From an uncultured Bacillota bacterium (GTDB lineage: Bacteria; Sysuimicrobiota; Sysuimicrobiia; Sysuimicrobiales; Segetimicrobiaceae), in contig CAWDRG010000010.1 in NCBI GenBank assembly GCA_963804645.1, positions 128,001 to 192,000 of the forward strand: a DNA stretch of 64,000 nucleotides, read 5' to 3'. The notes below the pieces were generated by a model, which saw nothing but the letters and a program-made list of their open reading frames with translations, had not been told where the DNA came from and made no database searches. The translations under genes were made by a program, and so were the position numbers. Each line of letters starts with the position of its first letter. The first letter of the stretch is position 1. Below are positions 42,323-52,346 of this stretch, one piece after another.

Positions 42323-43738
42323 TCAGGCGAACACCCTGTAGTCGATCCCGAACATCTTCGCGGCCCACACGAGCTCGTCGACGTAGTCGCCGTACACGCC
42401 GTGGATGTGGTTGCTGTCGTACTCGGACAAGAACACGTCCGGGGCCACCCGGAAGCGTGCGAACGCGTGGGGCCACGTCGGGCTCGTCGCGGCGGCCTTG
42501 GCCTGCGCGACCACCGGAGGGAACTCGACGAACTCTCCCGGCACGATCGCAAGCCAGTACCGGCCCCGCCGACGCGCCAGCCGCGCGAGCGTGACCGGGC
42601 CAGGCGCCGCGATGTGCATCACCGACGCGCCGCCGGCGGGAAAGTAGATGTCCGCGGGATACAGGCTCACGCGCGACAGGTTCACCGCGGGGTCGAGGGA
42701 CTTACCCGCGAAGTACGTCGCGTGCTCCCCGGAGTTGCACAGGTCCCAGACGTCGTCGGCCGCGTCGTAGTGCCGCACGTCCGCGAACAGCACGGGGGTC
42801 CCCGCGATGTGCTTGAAGATCTCCATCGTCAGGGCGCCGTCACTGTCCGCCTCGGTCGCGCACACGATCGGATCGTGCGGACCCTCCCAGTCGTACGGGT
42901 CGTTGAGCAGCGCCTCGGCCACATCCATCGTGGCGAAGAAGTTGGTCATCTCCGGCTGGCCCTTGATCCCGCAGAACGCACACCGCCACTCATCGAGGAT
43001 CTCGCGCACCGCCAGGTAGGATTTCAGCTGGCGGCGGAGGAGCGCGGGCGTCAGCCGCTTGCCGTCGTAGTGGATCGCCGCTCCGTGCCGCTCGAGCCAC
43101 GCGATCCCCGCGTCGGCGCGCGTGTCGGCCATCGCGTCGGCGCGGCGGACGATCTCAAACTGATCGATATGCTCGATGTCGATGCCGAACTCGCGCCGCC
43201 ACTGATCGAGCGCGGGCACCGCCGTGTACATGCCCATCGAGCGGCCGCCGATCAGTCCGTAGACCTCGCCGCGGAGGCGGTTCTTCGCGACCGCCGGCCG
43301 CAGAAATCGCAGCACGCGCTGGAACACCGCGTCGTCCCCAATGTCACCCGAGATCCGCCCGCAGAACACCCCGATCTGGTCCAGGCTGCCGGCCGCCGCG
43401 AGCATCGCTACCAACCCCGGATACGTGGGGTTGACGTTGCTCAGCAGGAGTAGCGGGTGCGGGACAAACTCCGCGGCGATCGCGGAGAAATGCGGAAACG
43501 CCCAGATGCCGTAGTTGAAGACGACCGCCTCGACCTCCTGCGCCGCCAGGTACCGCCCCTCGCGCTGCGCGAGATCGGTGGTCCACACGATCTCCCGGCC
43601 GGCGACCACGTCCCATCCGGCCTCGCCGAGCCGCGCGGCCAGGCGCGCCTGGAACTGTTGCGTGAGCGGCAGGAGTTCGCGGTGCATGTGCGGCCGTCCA
43701 TCCGAGAAAGTCAGAATCCCGACCTTCGGCCGTTTCAT
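42323..43738 (-). CDS. L-fucose/L-arabinose isomerase family protein
   Basis: GGRSMGM, GIKGQPEM, CATEADSDG, CNSG, WPHAF, NHIHG. Confidence 0.88.
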   Translation of the reverse strand: MKRPKVGILTFSDGRPHMHRELLPLTQQFQARLAARLGEAGWDVVAGREIVWTTDLAQREGRYLAAQEVEAVVFNYGIWAFPHFSAIAAEFVPHPLLLLSNVNPTYPGLVAMLAAAGSLDQIGVFCGRISGDIGDDAVFQRVLRFLRPAVAKNRLRGEVYGLIGGRSMGMYTAVPALDQWRREFGIDIEHIDQFEIVRRADAMADTRADAGIAWLERHGAAIHYDGKRLTPALLRRQLKSYLAVREILDEWRCAFCGIKGQPEMTNFFATMDVAEALLNDPYDWEGPHDPIVCATEADSDGALTMEIFKHIAGTPVLFADVRHYDAADDVWDLCNSGEHATYFAGKSLDPAVNLSRVSLYPADIYFPAGGASVMHIAAPGPVTLARLARRRGRYWLAIVPGEFVEFPPVVAQAKAAATSPTWPHAFARFRVAPDVFLSEYDSNHIHGVYGDYVDELVWAAKMFGIDYRVFA

Positions 43739-43776
43739 TCGTCACCCCCGTCAAGACGGCTCGCGCCCGGCTTGCG

Positions 43777-44634
43777 TCAGCCCTTGATGCCGGTCGTCGT
43801 GATCCCCTGCGTGAAGTAGCGCTGGAGCAGGAAGAACGCGAGCAGCGCCGGCGCGGTGGCCATCACCGCGGAGGCCAGCGGCGGGCCGAACGCCGGGGCC
43901 GAGCCGCTTGTGCCCGCCTGGGCACCCATGTACTGTGCGATCCCGACCGGCAGCGTGCGGGCGCGGTCGCTGCTCGTCGCGATCAACGGCCACAGGAAGT
44001 TGTTCCACGAGCTGACGAACGTCAGCGCGGCGACCGCGGCCATCGCCGGACGGCTCAGCGGCAGCACCACACGGGCAAAGACCTGCAGGTCCCCGGCCCC
44101 GTCGATCCGCGCGGCCTCCTCGAGCTCGGCGGGAATACCCAGGAAAAACTGCCGCATCAAAAAGACGCCGGTGACGTTTGCGGTCGTCGGTAGAATGAGC
44201 GCCTGGAACGTATCGAGCATGCGGACCTGCGCGAAGATCAGAAACAGCGGAATCACGGTCACCTGGATCGGCACGAGCAGCATCGAGATGATGACGTCGT
44301 AAATGATGCCGCGGCCGGGAAAGGAAAACCGGGCCAGCGCGTAGCCCGCCATCGCATCGATGGCGACGACGATGGCGGTCGCGACGACCGCGACAACGAC
44401 GCTGTTGGCCATCCAGCGGAGGAACGCGTACTTCGCGAGGACCCGCTGGAAGTTTTCCAGCGTCAGCGTCTGCGGGATCCAGTGGGGCGTGGCCGACAGG
44501 ATCTGCCCCTCCGGCTTGAGCGCGGTGGACACCATCCAGATGATCGGGGCGACGGCGATGACCACGATCGCGACCTCGGCCGCGTACATCAGCACCGCGG
44601 CGACCTCGCGGCGGACCGTCCGCCGCGAGGTCAC
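43777..44634 (-). CDS. Carbohydrate ABC transporter permease
   Basis: ELEEAARIDGA, WNNFLWPLI. Confidence 0.9.
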   Translation of the reverse strand: MTSRRTVRREVAAVLMYAAEVAIVVIAVAPIIWMVSTALKPEGQILSATPHWIPQTLTLENFQRVLAKYAFLRWMANSVVVAVVATAIVVAIDAMAGYALARFSFPGRGIIYDVIISMLLVPIQVTVIPLFLIFAQVRMLDTFQALILPTTANVTGVFLMRQFFLGIPAELEEAARIDGAGDLQVFARVVLPLSRPAMAAVAALTFVSSWNNFLWPLIATSSDRARTLPVGIAQYMGAQAGTSGSAPAFGPPLASAVMATAPALLAFFLLQRYFTQGITTTGIKG

Positions 44635-45536
44635 GCCGAGACCTCCGACGGCAGCAGCCGCTGCTGCAGCCACGCCAGCAGCAGCAGCAGCGCAAACGTG
44701 ACGTACGCGATCGCCGACCCGTACCCGAGCTTGAACGTCTGAAACGCCTGGAAAAACAGGTATTGCACGAGGGTCAGCGTGGCCGTGCCGGGGCCGCCGC
44801 CGGTCATGACGTATACCTGGTCGAAGACCTGGAACGTGTTAATGATGGTCAGCATGACGACGACGAACGTCGTCGGACGCAGCAGAGGGATCGTGATGTG
44901 CCGCAGCACCTGCCAGGCGCCCGCGCCGTCGATCCGCGCCGACTCCTCGAGCTGCGGCGGGATGTCCTGCAGGCCGGCCAGGAAGATCACCATGTTGTAG
45001 CCGATGGTCCACCACACGGTGGTCAGCGCGATCGCGGGCATGGCCGCGATCTGACTGGACAGCCATGGGATCGGGCCGAGGTGGACCTTGGCGAGATAGT
45101 AGTTCAGCAGCCCGAAGTTGCTGTCAAGGATCCACGTCCAGAGAATGCCGACGACGGCCGACATCATCGCGTACGGCGCGAAGATCAGCACCCGCGCCGC
45201 ACCGCGGCCGGCGATGGGCCGGTTGAGGAGCAGCGCGAATGCGAGTCCGAGTACGATCAGCGTGGGCGCCGTGAGGAAGAGGAAGTAGAACGTGTTCGCG
45301 ACCGATGTGAAGAACAGCGGGTCGTGGACGAGCGCGCGGTAGTTCGCGAGTCCGACGAACTTCGGCGAGCCGACGATGCTCCACGACGTGAAGCTCGTCA
45401 GGAACCCGCCGACGACCGGACCGAACCGGAACAGGACGAAGACAACGAGATACGGCAGCAGAAACAGATACGGCGTAAATGGGGACCCACCCCCCACGAG
45501 GCGGTGCCCGTGTGCGCGCTGAGGCAGGACCTTCAT
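44631..45536 (-). CDS. Carbohydrate ABC transporter permease
   Basis: EESARIDGA, FQVFDQVYVMTGGGP. Confidence 0.9.
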   Translation of the reverse strand: MKVLPQRAHGHRLVGGGSPFTPYLFLLPYLVVFVLFRFGPVVGGFLTSFTSWSIVGSPKFVGLANYRALVHDPLFFTSVANTFYFLFLTAPTLIVLGLAFALLLNRPIAGRGAARVLIFAPYAMMSAVVGILWTWILDSNFGLLNYYLAKVHLGPIPWLSSQIAAMPAIALTTVWWTIGYNMVIFLAGLQDIPPQLEESARIDGAGAWQVLRHITIPLLRPTTFVVVMLTIINTFQVFDQVYVMTGGGPGTATLTLVQYLFFQAFQTFKLGYGSAIAYVTFALLLLLAWLQQRLLPSEVSA

Positions 45537-45592
45537 CGTCGACGAGACGGCCCGGAGGTTCCGATGCCTCCGGGCCGCCGAACCGGCTCCGA

Positions 45593-46891
45593 CTAGGGTG
45601 CCGCCAGAATCGCGTTGACCCGATTCCGCAACTCCTGCGTCACCTGCGCGACGGGCACGTCTCGCACCAGCGCGGCCTGCGCGGCCACCACGATCGGGCT
45701 GGGCGCCGCGGATGAGTACAGCTGCGCCGACTGCGTGACGTCGGGCAGCATGATCTCATACGCCTGCTCCTCCAGGAACCCCCTGCGCCCCGGAAGCGCC
45801 CGGAATGCGGCCGAGGTCCGGGCCGACAGCAGCGCCGGCAGGTTGCCGGAATTGCCCCATTCCTGGTCATGCTGCACGATCCACGTCGCCAGGGTGAGCG
45901 CGGCCTGCTCGCGCGCCTTGTCGTTCTGCTTGGGGATCGTCAGCAGGTGGCCGCTTCCCCACGCGGCCGGTGCCGCGAAGACCCGCGGAAACGTCGTGGT
46001 GTCCCAGTGGAGTCCCTTGACCGTGTTCAGACCGGGAATCTCCCACGGGCCGTCGATCAGCATCGCGACATGCTTCGTCACGAAGTCCTGGTACGGGTTC
46101 GTCTCGCCGACGGGGACGACGTGGTACTTGAACACGAGGTCCTGCAGCCACTGCCACGCCGCGTTCGACTTCGCGTCGCTGAACGCCGTACGGGTGAAGT
46201 CCGGCGCGATGAACGGGTCGCCCTGCTGGGCGAGCAACGCGTACCACATATAGAACCCGTGGTGGTTGTTCATCATCCCGACGCCGTACTGCGTGATCGT
46301 CTTCGGGTCGAATCCGGGATCGTCGGGATGGCGGCCGGCGGCGTCAACCGTCAGCTTCTTCGCCGCGGCAACGAAGTCGTCCCCGGTCGTCGGCAGCTTG
46401 GCGGGATTCAGCCCCGCCTGCTTCCACATGTCCGTATTCACGTACACGGCGTGCATGTGCATGTCCAGCGGGATCGCATACTGCGTCCCCTTGTAAAACG
46501 TGCCCTTCCAGGCGACGTCCATGAAATCCGACGCCTTGAACCCGGCACCCGTCACCATGGAGCCCATTGGCTCCAGAATGCCGAGCGTCGAGAACTGGGA
46601 GATGTCCTGGGAGTGCATCCCCATCAGATCGGGGGGCTGCCCGGCCCGCACCGAGGTCAGCAGCTTGTCGAACAGCGGCGTCCACTGCAGCGTCGTGAGC
46701 GTCACCCGAATATCGGGGTGTTCTTTATTGAACTGATCAACCATCTGGTGCATCACGTCGCCGTCGGGTCCGGTCCACCCACCCCAGAACGCGAGGTCCA
46801 TGGGCGCGGCGGCCCGCGCTGGGGGCAAAGACGGCGCCACCACGAACGAGACGAGCACCAGGCACAACGCGAGACTCCATAGGCGTCGCAT
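45593..46891 (-). CDS. Carbohydrate ABC transporter substrate-binding protein
   Basis: Signal peptide; FWGGWTGPDG; PPDL; AMLIDGPW. Confidence 0.9.
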   Translation of the reverse strand: MRRLWSLALCLVLVSFVVAPSLPPARAAAPMDLAFWGGWTGPDGDVMHQMVDQFNKEHPDIRVTLTTLQWTPLFDKLLTSVRAGQPPDLMGMHSQDISQFSTLGILEPMGSMVTGAGFKASDFMDVAWKGTFYKGTQYAIPLDMHMHAVYVNTDMWKQAGLNPAKLPTTGDDFVAAAKKLTVDAAGRHPDDPGFDPKTITQYGVGMMNNHHGFYMWYALLAQQGDPFIAPDFTRTAFSDAKSNAAWQWLQDLVFKYHVVPVGETNPYQDFVTKHVAMLIDGPWEIPGLNTVKGLHWDTTTFPRVFAAPAAWGSGHLLTIPKQNDKAREQAALTLATWIVQHDQEWGNSGNLPALLSARTSAAFRALPGRRGFLEEQAYEIMLPDVTQSAQLYSSAAPSPIVVAAQAALVRDVPVAQVTQELRNRVNAILAAP

Positions 46892-47116
46892 CGGCTACCC
46901 TCCGTGTGAATGCATCCGTCCGGCGCCCGCGCACCCAAGCCAAACGCCGCGACCGGAGGCGGTCTCTCATGCCGCCTCAATATAAAGGCTAGCGCCTCCC
47001 GAACCGGGCGCACTATCAGGCGCAGGCCCGATATTGGCACACCCCTGGGTCGGCCCGGAAGGAGGCGTACCCCGCCCGCCAAAGGACTCCCGCCGGGCCC
47101 GACAGAAGGTGGCGGC

Positions 47117-49078
47117 GTGCCGGTCGTGCGATGGGAAGACCTCATTCCGCGATGGAGCGGCGCGGAACCGTTCGGCGAGGTCATCGGTCACCACCCAAGC
47201 GTCGTCTGCGGGCCGCTCGCCGTCGGGCTGTGGGCGGCGCCGGCGCTCGCGTCCGCGGACGTGGGCTCCGGAACGGACGGACGCGACCTCCTCGTCGCCT
47301 GTTGGGACGCGTGCTTCGAGGGAGGTGTCTACCGCTTCCGAGGCCTCACCGCGGAGCTGAACGTCGAGGGGCCGGCCGAGCGCATTCCCGGCCTCTTTGG
47401 AAACGTCGATTCCGTGCCGCTGAGCGCCTCGTCTGCGCTGCTCAGCGTGACGCGGGACCGCCCCGAGGTCCTGCTGCGACAGGGAGGCTCTGCCGGGGAG
47501 CCGGCGGCCCTCGAGCTCGAGATCCTATGGGTGCGCGGTCCCGAGACGCTGCACGTCGTCAGAGCCTGCGACCTCGACGGCGACGGCATGTGGGACCTCC
47601 TGATCGGGACGGACGATTGGACGGACTACTGGCCGGACCGGCGCGAGTGGAACGATCCAGACTATCGCCCGTACGACGCGGGCGGCGGGTGGCGCGGGGG
47701 ACCGCTCCGGGGCCACGTCTACGCGGCGCTCAACAGCGGCACCAACGAGCGGCCCCGCTTCGAGCGGGCGCGGCCGCTCGTGTGCGGGAGCCAGGCCTTG
47801 GAGGTGTACGGGGCTGCGGCGCCCGCGTGGGCGGATTTTCTGGTGTGCGGACGGCCGGACCTGGTGTGTGGAGATTTCCTCGACCAGCTCTGGTTTTTCC
47901 GGCACGTCGGCGGTCTCGCGTTCGATCCGCCGGTACCGGTCCTCGGCCCGGACGGTCGTGCCCTCAAGCTCCCGCAGAACATCCACGTGCCGATCGCCGT
48001 GCCGAGCGTCGACGGACGCGACGGACATTCGCGTCCGCCGGCGCTCCTGGTCGGCGCGGAGGACGGACTGGTGCAGCGACTTGCTCCATTGTCTCCAGCG
48101 GCGCGGACGCCAGCGTACGCCATGCCCGGGCCCGTGCTTCAACCCTGGCCCCCGCTCCACCCCGGAATCGTCCCGGTCCCGACGGTATGCGACTGGACAA
48201 ACGGCGGCGGCCGGGACCTCATTATCGGCACCGGCGGAGGATGGCTGCGTTGGTATCCTGACCTGGGCGGCGATCCCGTGCGTCGCCACGGAGAACCGCT
48301 CACACTCCGGACGGCATCGCGTCCGATTCGGATACAGGCGGGGCACAACGGGTCTATTCAGGGACCCTCCGAAGCGAAATGGGGCTACCTGTGTCCCACC
48401 GCCGCAGACTGGGACGACGACGGTCGCGTGGAGATCTTGGCGAGCGACGTGATGGGCCGCCATCTTCTGTTTGCTCGCACGGGTGACCCCAGCGTCCTGG
48501 AGGAACCGGTGACGCTCCGCTACGGCAGCACGCCACTGCGTACCGCTTGGCGGGTACGCCCGGCGGTCACGGAATGGGGCGGCGCTCGCGGCGATCGACG
48601 ATACGTGTGCGTGGACAGCGACGGTCTGCTGGTCGATCTGGCTCAGGCCGGCCTGGACCTCCTCTCAGACAAACGCGTGCTCCGGTACGCGGACGGCGTC
48701 CCCATCGCGTTCACGGAGGACGGCGGCGGAGGCCTCGGTCGCGTCAAGCTCGCGGTCTGCGATTGGACCGGTTCGGGACTCGGCGACCTGCTGGTGGGAA
48801 CGCACGCGCGGGCATCGGTGCCTCCTGGTCTCTCGGGCGCACCCCGACACACGCACGGACAGGCAACGGTGCTGCTGCTCGAGAATCTCGGGACGCCCGG
48901 GCACCCGACGTTCGGACGGCCCCGCCAACTCTGCTATCGTGGAGCGCCGGTCCGGTACGGCATGCACGCATGCTCACCCGCGCCCGCGGACTGGTTCGGA
49001 CGGGGCGTCCTCGATCTGGTCGTCGGTGCCGAAAGCGGAACGCTCGTACTGTTGAGGCGGGAGTGGCTCACCTGGTAG
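47117..49078 (+). CDS. FG-GAP/VCBS-repeat beta-propeller protein, no obvious signal peptide
   Basis: Repeated DLDGDGMWDLLIG, DWTNGGGRDLIIG, DWDDDGRVEIL, DWTGSGLGDLLVG, DWFGRGVLDLVVG. Confidence 0.8.
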   Translation: MPVVRWEDLIPRWSGAEPFGEVIGHHPSVVCGPLAVGLWAAPALASADVGSGTDGRDLLVACWDACFEGGVYRFRGLTAELNVEGPAERIPGLFGNVDSVPLSASSALLSVTRDRPEVLLRQGGSAGEPAALELEILWVRGPETLHVVRACDLDGDGMWDLLIGTDDWTDYWPDRREWNDPDYRPYDAGGGWRGGPLRGHVYAALNSGTNERPRFERARPLVCGSQALEVYGAAAPAWADFLVCGRPDLVCGDFLDQLWFFRHVGGLAFDPPVPVLGPDGRALKLPQNIHVPIAVPSVDGRDGHSRPPALLVGAEDGLVQRLAPLSPAARTPAYAMPGPVLQPWPPLHPGIVPVPTVCDWTNGGGRDLIIGTGGGWLRWYPDLGGDPVRRHGEPLTLRTASRPIRIQAGHNGSIQGPSEAKWGYLCPTAADWDDDGRVEILASDVMGRHLLFARTGDPSVLEEPVTLRYGSTPLRTAWRVRPAVTEWGGARGDRRYVCVDSDGLLVDLAQAGLDLLSDKRVLRYADGVPIAFTEDGGGGLGRVKLAVCDWTGSGLGDLLVGTHARASVPPGLSGAPRHTHGQATVLLLENLGTPGHPTFGRPRQLCYRGAPVRYGMHACSPAPADWFGRGVLDLVVGAESGTLVLLRREWLTW

Positions 49079-49835
49079 GCTGCGCGCCGCGCGAGAAATC
49101 GCGAAACCGCGAGCGCCCGCGGATCGCTGCGGCCCGGTCCTCGCGGCCGGGCGTGAGGCCACGGGAGATGCCGGCGCTGCCGGGCACTCGTCGAAACGGG
49201 TCATACCGACTGGCAGACTGAACGGACGCACCTACCCAACGCGCGCTCAGGACATGGTGCCGGGCCCAACCAACCTGGATCGGACCGTGGGCAACGCTGA
49301 TCATGGCGGCGGATACCCAAAGACGTTGAGGCGCCGGTGCCCAGTCCCCGATCATCGGAACTTGGGGAGACTGGGCGAATCGGACACTCAAAGAAGTCCG
49401 CGGCAGCTTGGCGAACACCCTGTCGACGCACGAACGCCGCGGCCTAGACGTAGGGGATGGCACATGCGCGCGCGAACAGGGCTCCAGTAAGTTCGCCCCA
49501 GCCGCCCCCTGGAAGGCGCCGTGCACGACGCTCCCAACGTGTCCGCTCACCCACGCGAGTTATCTCGCCCCAGGCAAAGTGGTCCTGCTGCTGCTCGTCG
49601 CGCATGCCGTGGCGGTCGTTCTGCCCGACACGCTGCGCCGCACACGCGGCCGCAACTTGGGAATCCACGCTTAACCCTAGGCAAAAATATTTGAAATTTT
49701 GAGAGCGTCGCAAGTTGCGTGGGTCCCGAGAGTCGACTGGGCTCACAGATCGGTATCGTGCGGTTGCCAGGCCCTGAACGCCGGCCGGCCTTCAAGCACA
49801 ACACGTCTCCCGCTCCCCACCGGCGGAGGGGCCGA

Positions 49836-50225
49836 TCATGCGTAGCTCTGCTCTGCGATGAGCCGGGTAGGGTAGCCGAGAATGGTGCGGACGGTCCTGG
49901 CGTCTTTGGCAACGTAGACGAAAGCGTCGCCGTCGATCTGGTACTGGCCGGTCCACCCGATGGTGAAACTGGTGGCCGTATCTTCCACCTGCACTGGCAG
50001 AGGATCGCCCTCGCGGGCCACCGGCGTGGCGAGTTGATCGGCAGGATCCAAGACCCAGGCGTCGCCCGTCTCGGAGGAGAAGAGGACGAGTGGCCCGACG
50101 GTGATGATCCGACTGTCGTAGTCGGCGGCGCGGCGTTGAATGTACTGCACTTCGTCGGCGAGCCGCCACCTCGCTCCGTCCACCAACCTGGTCTCGTGGC
50201 CCTGCTTGCGCGATCGCCGAGCCAT
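49836..50225 (-). CDS. Hypothetical 129-aa accessory protein, divergent from the putative transposase
   Basis: Globular, non-shadow composition (GPLVLFSSETGDAWVLDP, GWTGQY); GAGGTGG upstream. Confidence 0.7.
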   Translation of the reverse strand: MARRSRKQGHETRLVDGARWRLADEVQYIQRRAADYDSRIITVGPLVLFSSETGDAWVLDPADQLATPVAREGDPLPVQVEDTATSFTIGWTGQYQIDGDAFVYVAKDARTVRTILGYPTRLIAEQSYA

Positions 50226-50277
50226 GCGCGTGTGTCCACCTCGGGTCCTATCTGCGGCGCGGGAGGGACCGATCCCG

Positions 50278-51897
50278 ATGGAACGATTCTACCAATTGTT
50301 TGGCAAGTTCCTCGTGTTTGTCTACCATTGTTTCGATCGCATCGTGATCAACGGCTACTTGACCGGCCTGATGCGCCCGGAGAATGCGGTGTATTTTTTC
50401 CGAGACGTCCTGGGACGCCGCGCCATCACCAAAGAGGTGCTGCGGCAGCGGACCACCGATTACGCCCACTGGGTCGAGGCCTACGCGCGGAATCACCATG
50501 TGCCCATCGAGTGGGCTGCGAAGGGGGTCCGGAAAGAAGACTATGTGCGGCCGAGGCTGCGCCGGATGGAACGTGCGCACCGGTATGGGGTCTACTTCAT
50601 CTTCAAGAGCATGGAACAAGGCCTGACGTTTCGTTCCATCATGCCCAAGTTTCCCACTGCGGATCCCGATTACCGCATCCTCCGCCCGCACCGGAGCCGC
50701 TTCACGCACTACTACTTCTACCTCCGGGACCACATCCTTGGGCCGATGGTGGTGCGGGTCGCCTCGTTCGTGCCGTTTCATACGACCTACTACCTCAACG
50801 GGCACTCGTTCATCGAACAAGAGCTGACCCGAGTCGGGCTCGCCTTCCGCAAGGACGATAATGCGTTTCTGGCCGTCGCAGATCCGACCGCCCTCCAGGC
50901 GGCCGCCGATCGCCTGAGCCCAACCGTCATTCAGCATCGGCTTGACTACTGGACCCTCGTGCTTGGCCCGAAGTTTTCTCGACGCGAACGCCAAGCCATG
51001 ATGCTGCGCCGGTTCTACTTTCTCCAACAGGTCGAATACTGCCGAAACTTCATCTTCAAGCGGTGCTTCCCGATCCACACGCTTTTTGAGCGGTCCTGCG
51101 AGCTCGGCCTCAGCCAGTTGACCGCGCACCAGCTCTCCGAGGTCTTCGGCCTACGCCTGACCAAGCGGCTCAAGGGGAAGTTGCACACCACGCTCGAGCA
51201 ACTCGCACAAGGCCATCATATCCTCCGGATCTATTGCAAGAGCGCCTTCCTCCGGCAGTACGAGAAGTTCGCCATGTTCCTGCGCAACGAGCTCTGCTCC
51301 AATAACCTCGCCGACTTCCAGCTGAAGAAAGGCCTCGCGCATCTGGGCGCCGTGCGGGAGACGTTTCTCGCCATCACCGACCGCTTCGCCGACGCGCAGG
51401 CGCAGTGGCTCAACGTCCACGTGGAGTTTCCACTCCTCCAACGCGTGGCGCTCCCGATTCAGGTCGGTACCGCCAAGGTGCCGGGCATCAAGATTCACGA
51501 CGCCCGCATGATCCGCCTCATGGAAGTGCTGCTGGACGGGCGCACCATCATCGGTGGTCAGCGGGCGACAGAACTGCACCAGGCTGTCGTGACTCGATTC
51601 CATCTCTCCGCCGAGCGGTACGGGCTCAACCAACTCCGGTACGACCTCCGCAAGCTCCGGGCGCATGGGCTCCTCCAACGGGACGGCCGCCGCTACGCAT
51701 ATCGCCTGACCGACAAGGGGCTCCGCGTCGCTCTTCTCTTCCTGCTCTTCCATCAGCGACTCTGCGGACCTCTCGCTCACAGCCTCTTTCATCACCGGCC
51801 CGATCCCAAGACCCAGCTCAACAGTCCTCTCGAAGCGGCCTACCACAAAGCCGATGCGGCGATTCAGGACATCATTCAGCTGTTGCAGGCTGCTTGA
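50278..51897 (+). CDS. Putative transposase/Rep-like protein with C-terminal winged helix
   Basis: GGGAGGG RBS; CFDRIVINGYL N-terminus; LRQYEK...LRNE; YDLRKLRAHGLL...YRLTDKG; basic, aromatic-rich. Confidence 0.65.
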   Translation: MERFYQLFGKFLVFVYHCFDRIVINGYLTGLMRPENAVYFFRDVLGRRAITKEVLRQRTTDYAHWVEAYARNHHVPIEWAAKGVRKEDYVRPRLRRMERAHRYGVYFIFKSMEQGLTFRSIMPKFPTADPDYRILRPHRSRFTHYYFYLRDHILGPMVVRVASFVPFHTTYYLNGHSFIEQELTRVGLAFRKDDNAFLAVADPTALQAAADRLSPTVIQHRLDYWTLVLGPKFSRRERQAMMLRRFYFLQQVEYCRNFIFKRCFPIHTLFERSCELGLSQLTAHQLSEVFGLRLTKRLKGKLHTTLEQLAQGHHILRIYCKSAFLRQYEKFAMFLRNELCSNNLADFQLKKGLAHLGAVRETFLAITDRFADAQAQWLNVHVEFPLLQRVALPIQVGTAKVPGIKIHDARMIRLMEVLLDGRTIIGGQRATELHQAVVTRFHLSAERYGLNQLRYDLRKLRAHGLLQRDGRRYAYRLTDKGLRVALLFLLFHQRLCGPLAHSLFHHRPDPKTQLNSPLEAAYHKADAAIQDIIQLLQAA

Positions 51898-52030
51898 GCG
51901 GGACTCGGTGCGCCCTTCTTGAAATCTTGAAGTGCTTCTGTCGAGGAAAGAGCGGCTAAGAATCTATAGACCACGAGCATTTCAAAGCGTATATTTTGGG
52001 TGGATAGGAGAACACGGGGCACCTGGACCT

Positions 52031-52118
52031 CCAGTCGATAAGAGCACCCTCCGATCGCGCGGAGGACGCAAAGCCACCGGGGCCCAATAACGGGACTAGC
52101 CGGGGCTGCCGAAGCTGG
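52031..52118 (+). ncRNA. GEMM-I riboswitch, A20 variant
   Basis: CCAGTCGATAAGAGCA-P2-GGACGCAAAGCCACCGGGG-P3-TAGCCGGGGCTGCCGAAGCTGG. Confidence 0.85.
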
Positions 52119-52145
52119 ACGCAACCGTCCAGCTTCTTTGATTTG
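52112..52145 (+). terminator. Intrinsic terminator overlapping the riboswitch P1 3' strand
   Basis: AAGCTGGACG-caac-CGTCCAGCTT followed by CTTTGATTT. Confidence 0.75.
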
Positions 52146-52346
52146 GGGAGGCTAGTCGGAGGCGCGCGGTGCGTGGGCTACTAGCCCGGCAAGATCGCGT
52201 AAGCACTGTGAGGCAGGAATGGGGGCGAGAATAAATTAGGGACAACGAGTCGGCTCGCGTGACGAATGATCGACCAATTACCCAAACCCGAGGCTGGGGG
52301 GACTCGGGCGCGCTAGGGAGGTTGGGACGCACTGGAGGAGTGGGTC

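Larger units (their letters stand above)
49671..51966. mobile_element. Putative two-gene mobile element, ends approximate
   Basis: Large Rep-like/wHTH ORF plus a divergent small ORF, bounded by AT-rich patches sharing TTGAAATYTTGA (49691-49702; 51919-51930). Confidence 0.55.
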
